Below, one piece after another: positions 42,288-50,212 of a stretch of DNA of 64,000 bases; the first letter of the stretch is position 1, and every line of letters begins with the position of its first letter. The position numbers and the translations under genes are program-made. Under the pieces are notes generated by a model. The model was not told where the DNA came from, searched no databases, and saw only the letters and a program-made list of their open reading frames with translations. Where the stretch lies: sequence record DRR723986_5381; one strand, written 5' to 3'.

Positions 42288-42527
42288 TTCTTTCTTGAAC
42301 TTTTCTTTTAATTTGCTCCGCTCCGCACTATTAAGACAATCAACCTGAGATTTTTCAACCACATCAGTAAGCTTCTGATTTCTCTTTGAATAAGATTGAG
42401 AAATATGACACCAAGATAATCGTAACTTTAATTTAAATATCTCCCAACCGGTAGCTTCACCATATTGTGATTTATCACAAATGTGTTTAGCTTCATCGCA
42501 GCTTATAAATAAGAAACTTTTTTTCAT
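42270..42527 (-). CDS. Small cytoplasmic putative anti-sigma factor
   Basis: Translationally coupled (TAATG) to the ECF sigma gene; SCDEA...C pattern like zf-HC2 proteins. Confidence 0.6.
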   Translation of the reverse strand: MKKSFLFISCDEAKHICDKSQYGEATGWEIFKLKLRLSWCHISQSYSKRNQKLTDVVEKSQVDCLNSAERSKLKEKFKKELAKHQ

Positions 42528-43084
42528 TATTTAAACCAGTTTTTTTCCATACAATCAGCAAGTGCTGTTCGTACTCTATGTATAATTACCCAAAGGTTAG
42601 ACGCAGTAATTCCTAATTCATTACAAATCGTTTCTGTGTCGTATCCTAAAATGGTTTTCATTTTAAAAACATCAGCTTGCTTTTGCGGTAATTTATCTAA
42701 GCAACCATAAATAGCATCACCAAGTTCAGTATTAACCAAATTATCTTCGGCAGTTTTGTCAAAAGGATCTGCAACACGTTCTTCTAACCAATCACCTTCA
42801 TCTTCAGCGTCATTATTATAACCCATTCTAACTTCGGCTTTGCCTTTATTAGAATTTATTTTTCGATAATGGTCAATTATTTTTCGTTTCAAAATTGAAA
42901 TTAACCAAGTTCTTTCGCTAGCCTCACCTTTAAAATTTGCCATGGACTTTAGTCCTGCTAAAAAGGTTTCAGACACCAAATCTTGAGCAATTACTCTATC
43001 ACTAACACGGGTAATTGTATAATTAAATAGATAATCTGAATACAGATTAATCCAGTTATTTGGATCTAAATGATGCTTAGCCAT
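42527..43084 (-). CDS. ECF sigma-70 factor
   Basis: AQDLVSETF, TWLISILKRKIIDHYRK and a region-4 HTH (ETICNELGITASNLWVIIHR). Confidence 0.92.
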   Translation of the reverse strand: MAKHHLDPNNWINLYSDYLFNYTITRVSDRVIAQDLVSETFLAGLKSMANFKGEASERTWLISILKRKIIDHYRKINSNKGKAEVRMGYNNDAEDEGDWLEERVADPFDKTAEDNLVNTELGDAIYGCLDKLPQKQADVFKMKTILGYDTETICNELGITASNLWVIIHRVRTALADCMEKNWFK

Positions 43085-43105
43085 TTTTCTTTTTCATTGC
43101 TTAAT

Positions 43106-43113
43106 CAAAAATA
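43106..43113 (-). promoter_or_regulatory. -7 box (TATTTTTG) for the ECF sigma gene
   Basis: TAnnTTTG on the minus strand, 21 nt upstream of the ATG. Confidence 0.5.
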
Positions 43114-43158
43114 AGTTAAAAAATTGAGATGGCTAGTCGGAAACTTGTAAGGAAGTAA

Positions 43159-44037
43159 TTATGGTTTAGTGGCACTGATAAGATAGTAACCGAAACTTTT
43201 CATGTGCAAACCAGAAAGTAGTGCATAAAAGGACCCTTTGAGGTTGTGAAAACTCTCTTTTTTAATAGACTGAAAACTGAATAATTTCTTTATAATAAAG
43301 AAGATTATAGCAAACGGAACATGTAGGACAGAAGGTGCGACTCTAAAAGAAATATCCTCTATTTTAATATTCTTAAACCCTAGCTGTTCTAAGTTTGTCT
43401 TTATAACAAAGTGAGGTTCTAATTTTTTTAAACTCCAATGATTACATAGTTTACCATATGCAAACAATCCACCTTTGCATAATTTGTCTATCGGTTTTTT
43501 CAAAAATGCGTCTGCAATCACTAATCTTCCACCTGGTTTTAAAACACGGAAAGCTTCTTTTAATGAATCATTATTATGACCAGAATGACAAAGGCTTTCA
43601 ATTGCAATGGCTGAGTCAAATGAATTTGATTGAAATGAAGTATTGTTATAGTTCTCCTTAAGTATAATACCGTTTTTTCCCTGTAGCAGGTCATTACCTT
43701 GCTTTACTTGAAAGTTAGATAGTGTAACTCCATACGCCATTACATTTTTATAGTTTTTAAGGGCATATCTCATTGTAGCTCCCATACCGCAGCCTAAATC
43801 TACAAGTCTATTTTTAGTATTACTGAAATTAAGTCGTTTTAGTACTTGTGTATTCATTTCATTTAACATTGAATCTCGTTTATAGGGACTTGTTTTAAAA
43901 GGAATGAAATATCCAAAATGCATATTGAAATCGTTACTCCAAAACTCATAATCTTCGGTGGCTTCGTTATAGAAGTCTATCATTTCAATTCTGTTTTTCT
44001 CGGAATGATTTCTAATGGGAATTGACTGTGTTTTCAT
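43159..44037 (-). CDS. SAM-dependent methyltransferase (sterol/tocopherol-MT-like)
   Basis: MHFGY, VDLGCGMG, GVTLS, IESLCH and RVLKPGGRLVIAD. Confidence 0.82.
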   Translation of the reverse strand: MKTQSIPIRNHSEKNRIEMIDFYNEATEDYEFWSNDFNMHFGYFIPFKTSPYKRDSMLNEMNTQVLKRLNFSNTKNRLVDLGCGMGATMRYALKNYKNVMAYGVTLSNFQVKQGNDLLQGKNGIILKENYNNTSFQSNSFDSAIAIESLCHSGHNNDSLKEAFRVLKPGGRLVIADAFLKKPIDKLCKGGLFAYGKLCNHWSLKKLEPHFVIKTNLEQLGFKNIKIEDISFRVAPSVLHVPFAIIFFIIKKLFSFQSIKKESFHNLKGSFYALLSGLHMKSFGYYLISATKP

Positions 44038-44039
44038 AA

Positions 44040-44480
44040 TTAAAAAAATGAGTTGTTGAGAATATTATATATAAGAAGCCAAGTGTAAACTACAGCAAAT
44101 AGTGTAAACAAGAAATTCATAAAATAACTCCCTAGTATAAAAATTGGTTTTTGAGGAATTTGATACATAGGATAATAGACAATTTGGGTAGCGACTTTGC
44201 CAACCCAATATGCAGCAATGAGACACGTTATGGCAATAGCTAAGTATGATCCATTTCTCAAATCATTCGGAATGAGAATAGCAATTAAACCAAATGAAAA
44301 GTTTAAACTTTGAATATATCTACCATAGGTTTTAGCAATTTCCTGATTTAATGGTTTGAGTTGTTTTACATCATTGTACCAATCAAATACTTTATGCCTT
44401 ATATAAGGGTAAATGAGTGCTGTAAAAATTTGTCCCATACCACCAAGGACAATTAACCAAATTGGAATCTGTGTTTTCAT
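44040..44480 (-). CDS. Hypothetical membrane protein (about 4 TM)
   Basis: Hydrophobic 146-aa ORF; ATGA overlap with the upstream gene. Confidence 0.7.
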   Translation of the reverse strand: MKTQIPIWLIVLGGMGQIFTALIYPYIRHKVFDWYNDVKQLKPLNQEIAKTYGRYIQSLNFSFGLIAILIPNDLRNGSYLAIAITCLIAAYWVGKVATQIVYYPMYQIPQKPIFILGSYFMNFLFTLFAVVYTWLLIYNILNNSFF

Positions 44481-44821
44481 GCTTTTTGAGGTTTTGTGGA
44501 TTTGTATGTGACAAAGACTAAATTGAAACCAATGATCATTGGAATAACAAATACTATGAGTCTAAAAAATGTATCTATATATGATGTTATGATGGATAGA
44601 ATTAAAATTACCAACCACACTAAAAAGCTTATCCAATAAATGTTAATTAGACGTTTTGTTTGTTGATTAAGTTTATCTTCATCTACTTTTAATTTTAATG
44701 CGATTATTAATTGAAAGATACCAAGCCCAAGTTGAGAAAAAGCACCAATAATAGGTTCTACGATGAATAAAACTATAACGGTAGAGTAGAAAACGATGTT
44801 TGAGAAGTTCATTTGTTTCAT
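44477..44821 (-). CDS. Hypothetical membrane protein (3-4 TM)
   Basis: Hydrophobic 114-aa ORF; first gene after the operator. Confidence 0.65.
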   Translation of the reverse strand: MKQMNFSNIVFYSTVIVLFIVEPIIGAFSQLGLGIFQLIIALKLKVDEDKLNQQTKRLINIYWISFLVWLVILILSIITSYIDTFFRLIVFVIPMIIGFNLVFVTYKSTKPQKA

Positions 44822-44838
44822 TATTTTATAGTTTTTAA

Positions 44839-44860
44839 ACTTTCAGAAAAAAATGAAAGT
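44839..44860. promoter_or_regulatory. Putative operator, copy 1: ACTTTCA-N8-TGAAAGT
   Basis: actttca-gaaaaaaa-tgaaagt; same arms and spacing as the copy at 45412-45433. Confidence 0.72.
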
Positions 44861-44882
44861 AAAGATTAAAAAAATTTATCTT

Positions 44883-45386
44883 CTATTTCAATAGTTTGAA
44901 AACAGATTTTGTTAACCAGTTCTGTTTTTGATTTACAAGTTTGTGCATAAGGCTACCTAAATCTTCTGTTAATTCATGTAATGCTTTGGTCTGTTTAATT
45001 AATTCTTTGGTTTGCTTTGTGCCATCGTCTGTTATTGAAGAAACATCATCTAAGACTTTAATTACAGGTTGTATTTCTCTTCGACTGCGTTCTTTAGCAA
45101 TAATTCGTGCTAACTCTTGTACATCTTTTTCTGTAGTAAAATACTCTCTACGCTCACCAGAAACCAAAACCTTAGTTACAATTCCCCAATCCATGAGTTG
45201 CCTTAAATTCATACTGGTATTTCCTCGCGATATTTTAAGATCTTCCATAATGTCTTCCATAGACAGAGGTTTAATGGAAATAAAAAGTAAGGCTTGTATT
45301 TGAGCCATAGCTTTATTAATGCCCCAAAGAGTGCCTAAACTTCCCCAAGTACTTATAAATTTATCTTTAGCCTCATTGTAATCCAT
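44883..45386 (-). CDS. GbsR/MarR family transcriptional regulator
   Basis: FISTWGSLGTLWGINKAMAQI, wHTH (MEDLKISRGNTSMNLRQLMDWG) and GERREYF. Confidence 0.88.
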   Translation of the reverse strand: MDYNEAKDKFISTWGSLGTLWGINKAMAQIQALLFISIKPLSMEDIMEDLKISRGNTSMNLRQLMDWGIVTKVLVSGERREYFTTEKDVQELARIIAKERSRREIQPVIKVLDDVSSITDDGTKQTKELIKQTKALHELTEDLGSLMHKLVNQKQNWLTKSVFKLLK

Positions 45387-45390
45387 AGTA

Positions 45391-45398
45391 CAAAGATA
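45391..45398 (-). promoter_or_regulatory. -7 box (TATCTTTG) 4 nt upstream of the regulator ATG
   Basis: Minus strand reads TATCTTTG-TACT-ATG. Confidence 0.6.
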
Positions 45399-45408
45399 CC
45401 AATATTAT

Positions 45409-45436
45409 TAAACTTTCAATAACTATTGAAAGTTTA
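45409..45436. promoter_or_regulatory. Putative operator, copy 2 (perfect 13-bp inverted repeat)
   Basis: taaactttcaata-ac-tattgaaagttta, containing ACTTTCA-N8-TGAAAGT. Confidence 0.75.
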
Positions 45437-45479
45437 TTCAAAGTATTTTTTCTATTTTAGTTACCCAAATCATACTGAT

Positions 45480-46178
45480 ATGAGAGCAAAACTACTTTAT
45501 TTAGTATTACTAATATGCGGAATAAGTGAGGCTCAAATTGAGCTGGTACCAAATCCATGTGATATTAATTCAGGCACATTAACCTTTAAGTATGGCGAGC
45601 TTGGCGATTATTCAATTTTCGATCCTTTAAGTGACCCTAATCTCTATTTATATACAGGTTTACAAACTGATGCGGATCCGTTAACCTGGGATTATCATGA
45701 TGATTTTACTAATGTGGCCACCTTAATTCCATTAACCTTCGACTCTAACTTAGGTTATTATATAGCAACATTTAATCCTGCTACCAGAACTTATCTCGAA
45801 GAGCCTAATTTAAATACTACAACTATTCCTGATGGAATCTTTGTAAATGACTGGTACTTTTTAATAACAAATTCCGATCAATCCAGACAATCTGCAGATT
45901 TAAAAGGTAGTGATTATGGTTTTGGAGCGTCGACCTTATCACTGAGTCAACGTAATATTTCTGAAGATATAATAATAGGTAGCGGTACTATTACACTAAA
46001 AAGTCCTGCGCAATATAACATTACGGTTTATGACGTACTTGGTAAAAAGATAAAGCAAATTACCCTTAATGTAAATACGCAATTAACACACGATTTTCAA
46101 CTTCAGAATACTGGTATTTACTTAGTTAAAATTAAGTCAGGTAATGCTATTCAAATACTTAAAATGTTGAGGTATTAA
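45480..46178 (+). CDS. Small secreted protein with a T9SS type A C-terminal sorting domain
   Basis: Signal peptide MRAKLLYLVLLICGISEAQ from ATG 45480; TLS linker and VYDVLGKKI...GIYLVKI CTD. Confidence 0.72.
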   Translation: MRAKLLYLVLLICGISEAQIELVPNPCDINSGTLTFKYGELGDYSIFDPLSDPNLYLYTGLQTDADPLTWDYHDDFTNVATLIPLTFDSNLGYYIATFNPATRTYLEEPNLNTTTIPDGIFVNDWYFLITNSDQSRQSADLKGSDYGFGASTLSLSQRNISEDIIIGSGTITLKSPAQYNITVYDVLGKKIKQITLNVNTQLTHDFQLQNTGIYLVKIKSGNAIQILKMLRY

Positions 46179-46179
46179 T

Positions 46180-48228
46180 CTATTTCAGTAGTCCAGCACG
46201 TCTCAAAAGAGCTTCAGGTTTTGGTTCTTGTCCTCTAAATTTCTTATATAATTCCATTGGATTTTCTGTACCACCCTGTGATAGGACGAACGCTTTAAAT
46301 TTATTAGCCACTGTTTTATTAAAAATACCTTCTTCTTTAAAGTATTCAAAAGCATCTGCATCTAAAACTTCTGCCCATTTATAGCTATAATAACCAGAAG
46401 AATAGCCACCTTGAAATATATGAGCAAACGCTGTACTCATACAATTTTCTGCAACGTCAGGATATAGTTTTGTGTCTTCAAAGGCTTTCACTTCATAGGA
46501 TTTAACGTTTGAGATTGACGTAGGGTCTACACCATGCCAAGACATATCCAGTAAGCCAAAACTTAATTGCCTTAGTGTTTGCATACCTTCGTGAAATGTT
46601 GCTGAGGCTTTTATTTTTTCAACGAGTTCCATTGGTATTACCTCACCAGATTCATAATGAGTAGCAAATAGTTTTAACGATTCCTCTTCATAACACCAGT
46701 TTTCTAAAATCTGACTCGGTAATTCTACAAAATCCCAATAAACACTTGTGCCAGATAAGCTAGGATAAGTGGTATTTGCAAGCATACCGTGTAAAGCATG
46801 ACCAAATTCATGAAATAAGGTCGTTACCTCATTAAACGTAAGTAATGAAGGCTTACTTTTTGTTGGTTTAGTGAAATTACAAACTATAGAAACATGAGGA
46901 CGATGATTATGTCCATCTTTAATCATTTGTGGTTTGTAAGAAGTCATCCATGCTCCATTACGCTTGCCTGCTCTTGGGAAGAAGTCTGCATAAAATATTG
47001 AAACCAATTTTCCATCTGTGTCAACAACTTTATATGTTAAAACATCTTCATGATATTTATCAATATAATCTACAGCATCCTTATTTTCAATTTCCTCAAA
47101 ATGCAATCCAAATAATTTTTCAGCTACTGTAAAGGCACCCTTAATTACATTTTCGAGTTTAAAGTATGGCTTTAGTTGTTCATCGTCTAAGTCAAATAAT
47201 TTTTGTTTTAATTTTTCTGAATAATATGCAGAATCCCATTTTTGTAATTGGTCAATATCATCTAAGTCTTTTGCAAATTGCTCAAGATTTTCAAACTCTT
47301 TGATTGCTGCTGGCTTTGCTTTTTCCAATAAGTCATTTAAAAACGTATTAACTTTTTCTGGAGTTTCTGCCATACGCTCCTCTAGTACAAAATGAGCATG
47401 CGTATCATAGCCCAAAAGTTTTGCGCGTTCAAATCTAAGTTTAGCAATTTTAAGCACTATGGCTTGATTGTCTAATTCGTCATTATGAAAACCTTTGCTG
47501 CCAAATGCCTTAGATAATTTTTCGCGTAACTCCCTATTATCAGCATATGTCATAAATGGAATATAACTAGGATAATCTAAGGTAATTAACCAGCCTTCCT
47601 TACCCTTAGATTCGGCTAGTTGCTTTGCAGCTTCTTTTGCACCATCAGGCAAACCTGATAGGTTCGATTCCTGAGTCAAATGCATTTCAAATTTATTGGT
47701 CTCAGCTAAAATATGCTCACCAAATTTAAGCTTTAACTGACTTAGTTCTTTATCAATAGCCCTTAGTTGCTCTTTTTTTTCTGGGTTTAGATTAGCTCCG
47801 TTTCTTGAGAAACTTTTATATTTTTTGTCTAATAGCGTTTCTTGTTCTGTAGTTAAATCTAATTTAGATTGAGATTCGTTAACAGCCTTAATACGTTTAA
47901 ATAAATCCTCGTTTAAAGTAATATCATTACTAAATTCAGATAACAAAGGCGAAACCTCCTGAGCAATTTTTTGAATGTCATCATTAGTCTCAGCAGAATT
48001 TAAATTAAAGAAAATGCTAGAAATTCTATCTAGTTCTTCACCTGAATAATCTAAGGCTTCAATTGTATTTTCAAAAGTTGGTGATTCGGTATTAGATACT
48101 ATAGCATCAATTTCTGCTTTTGCCCTCTTTATGGCAGTTTTAAAAGCAGGTAAAAAATCTTCAGTTTTAATTTTTGAAAAAGGAGCTGTATTATAAGCTG
48201 TGTTAAAGGGTTTATTTAAAATTGTCAT
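46180..48228 (-). CDS. M3 family metallopeptidase (peptidyl-dipeptidase Dcp-like)
   Basis: FHEFGHALH, DFVELPSQ and GGYSSGYYSYKWAE. Confidence 0.93.
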   Translation of the reverse strand: MTILNKPFNTAYNTAPFSKIKTEDFLPAFKTAIKRAKAEIDAIVSNTESPTFENTIEALDYSGEELDRISSIFFNLNSAETNDDIQKIAQEVSPLLSEFSNDITLNEDLFKRIKAVNESQSKLDLTTEQETLLDKKYKSFSRNGANLNPEKKEQLRAIDKELSQLKLKFGEHILAETNKFEMHLTQESNLSGLPDGAKEAAKQLAESKGKEGWLITLDYPSYIPFMTYADNRELREKLSKAFGSKGFHNDELDNQAIVLKIAKLRFERAKLLGYDTHAHFVLEERMAETPEKVNTFLNDLLEKAKPAAIKEFENLEQFAKDLDDIDQLQKWDSAYYSEKLKQKLFDLDDEQLKPYFKLENVIKGAFTVAEKLFGLHFEEIENKDAVDYIDKYHEDVLTYKVVDTDGKLVSIFYADFFPRAGKRNGAWMTSYKPQMIKDGHNHRPHVSIVCNFTKPTKSKPSLLTFNEVTTLFHEFGHALHGMLANTTYPSLSGTSVYWDFVELPSQILENWCYEEESLKLFATHYESGEVIPMELVEKIKASATFHEGMQTLRQLSFGLLDMSWHGVDPTSISNVKSYEVKAFEDTKLYPDVAENCMSTAFAHIFQGGYSSGYYSYKWAEVLDADAFEYFKEEGIFNKTVANKFKAFVLSQGGTENPMELYKKFRGQEPKPEALLRRAGLLK

Positions 48229-48385
48229 TTTTTATTCGTCTATATTTTCTTACGTATAATTCTGATTGTCTGAATTTGAACTGATTTTTAAGAAGGATTA
48301 AATAGTTTGGATAAGGAAGTTTATTTACTTTTGCAAAATCTTATTTAGCATGAACTTTTGCTAAAAAAGAATTGATTAATAGCTT

Positions 48386-48412
48386 AAAGCCTCGGTGAAA
48401 GTCGAGGCTTTT
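48386..48412. terminator. Intrinsic terminator at the purE 3' end (possibly bidirectional)
   Basis: aaagcctcgg-tgaaag-tcgaggctttt hairpin. Confidence 0.7.
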
Positions 48413-48890
48413 AAAGATTTTTAGCCGAGTCAATTACTTTAGTCTTCAAGCATTCTTTATATATTTCAATTTTGTCTAAGATACATTTGTCAGAACTACC
48501 TAAGATCTGAGCGGCTAGTATTCCTGCATTTTTTGCGCCATTAAGAGCAACTGTGGCAACAGGTACTCCGCCAGGCATTTGTAAAATTGATAGAACAGAG
48601 TCCCAACCATCAATAGAATTACTACTTTTTACTGGTACACCTATTACTGGTAATGGTGATAAGGATGCCACCATTCCTGGTAAATGAGCTGCACCACCTG
48701 CGCCAGCAACAATAACCTTAATGCCTCTTTTGTGCGCGTTTTTTCCGTAGTCAAATAATTTATCTGGTGTTCGGTGTGCCGACACAATGTCAACTTCAAC
48801 TTCAATATCAAATCCTTTTAAAATATCTATAGCGTCTTGCATTACTGGCAAATCGCTTTTACTTCCCATTATTACACCAACTTTACTCAT
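48411..48890 (-). CDS. purE: N5-carboxyaminoimidazole ribonucleotide mutase
   Basis: MGSKSD, SAHRTP, GAGGAAHLPG and QMPGGVPV. Confidence 0.96.
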   Translation of the reverse strand: MSKVGVIMGSKSDLPVMQDAIDILKGFDIEVEVDIVSAHRTPDKLFDYGKNAHKRGIKVIVAGAGGAAHLPGMVASLSPLPVIGVPVKSSNSIDGWDSVLSILQMPGGVPVATVALNGAKNAGILAAQILGSSDKCILDKIEIYKECLKTKVIDSAKNL

Positions 48891-48893
48891 AAT

Positions 48894-50054
48894 TTATTCG
48901 CTAATTACTTGAATTGTACGTTTTACTTTTTCTGCTATTTCACGTGCCTTTGTAATATCTTTATCAACAATTGTCACATGGCCCATTTTTCGGAATGGTC
49001 TTGTCTGCTTTTTGCCATAAATATGTGGAGTTACACCATCCATAGCCATTATCTTTTCAATATTTTTATAGATAACATTACCTGTATGATCCTCTGCACC
49101 AACAAGATTAACCATTACACCTGCTACCTTACTATCAGTTTTGCCAAGTGGTAATCCTAAAATGGCTCTTATATGTTGTTCAAATTGAGATGTATAACTC
49201 CCTTCAATGCTGTAATGACCAGAATTGTGTGGTCTTGGTGCGACTTCATTAACTAAAATATCATCATCCTCAGTTTGAAACATTTCAACAGCCAGTAAAC
49301 CAACGTGCTCAAACGCAGCAGCAGTTTTTAACGCCACAAGTTCTGCTTTTTTAGCAATTTCAATAGGTATTCTCGCCGGACAAATAACATATTCAACTTG
49401 ATTAGCTTCTGGATGAAACTCCATTTCTACAACTGGATATGTTTTTAAATCACCTTTTTCATTTCTTGCAACAATTACAGCTAATTCATTTTTAAAAGGT
49501 ATTAGCTTTTCAGCTATGCATTCTACATTCGGAAGATCTACTAAATCTGTATATCGCTTTACTACTTTTACTCCAGTACCATCATACCCAAAACGAGTGC
49601 TTTTCCAGACAAAAGGATAACTCAACCCACCGTTATCAACAGCTTCATCAATTTCAGAAGTGTAAGCAAATCTCGAAAAATCTGCTGTCGGAATGTTATG
49701 ATCGCGATAAAATAATTTTTGGTGTGCTTTATTTTGTATAGTACGTAATATACTTGCAGAAGGATATACTTTAATTCCTTTAGTCTCTAAAGTCTCTAAA
49801 GCATCAACATTTACATTTTCAATTTCAATGGTAAGCACATCTACTTTCTCACCAAATGCTACTACTGTGTCGTAATCTAAAAGGTCACCAACGGTAAATT
49901 CGTCACAGGCACAACGAGATGGTGCATCAGGACTCGCATCTAATACGCACGTATAGATATCAAATTTTCTGGTATTATAAAGCATCATTTTGCCCAATTG
50001 ACCACCACCAAGTATTCCGAGTTTAAAATGAGAAGAAAAATAATTCATCGACAT
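48894..50054 (-). CDS. purK: N5-carboxyaminoimidazole ribonucleotide synthase
   Basis: GGGQLGKM, GYDG, NEVAPRPHNSGH and RKMGHV. Confidence 0.95.
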   Translation of the reverse strand: MSMNYFSSHFKLGILGGGQLGKMMLYNTRKFDIYTCVLDASPDAPSRCACDEFTVGDLLDYDTVVAFGEKVDVLTIEIENVNVDALETLETKGIKVYPSASILRTIQNKAHQKLFYRDHNIPTADFSRFAYTSEIDEAVDNGGLSYPFVWKSTRFGYDGTGVKVVKRYTDLVDLPNVECIAEKLIPFKNELAVIVARNEKGDLKTYPVVEMEFHPEANQVEYVICPARIPIEIAKKAELVALKTAAAFEHVGLLAVEMFQTEDDDILVNEVAPRPHNSGHYSIEGSYTSQFEQHIRAILGLPLGKTDSKVAGVMVNLVGAEDHTGNVIYKNIEKIMAMDGVTPHIYGKKQTRPFRKMGHVTIVDKDITKAREIAEKVKRTIQVISE

Positions 50055-50110
50055 TAAGGTGTCTCAAAAAAATGAGAGTTATTTTAGAGATTATTATCTA
50101 ATTTGAAGTA

Positions 50111-50118
50111 CAAAAATA
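50111..50118 (-). promoter_or_regulatory. -7 box (TATTTTTG) for purK-purE
   Basis: TAnnTTTG on the minus strand in the divergent intergenic region. Confidence 0.5.
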
Positions 50119-50183
50119 CGTTATAAAATCAGAACTTCTTTAAATTGAAATTCAAAAAAATCGGTATTCCTCAATCTATTGAT

Positions 50184-50191
50184 TATCTTTG
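50184..50191 (+). promoter_or_regulatory. -7 box (TATCTTTG) for hpt-adk
   Basis: TAnnTTTG 21 nt upstream of the GTG start. Confidence 0.55.
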
Positions 50192-50212
50192 CATTTCTAA
50201 AATAATAAGATA

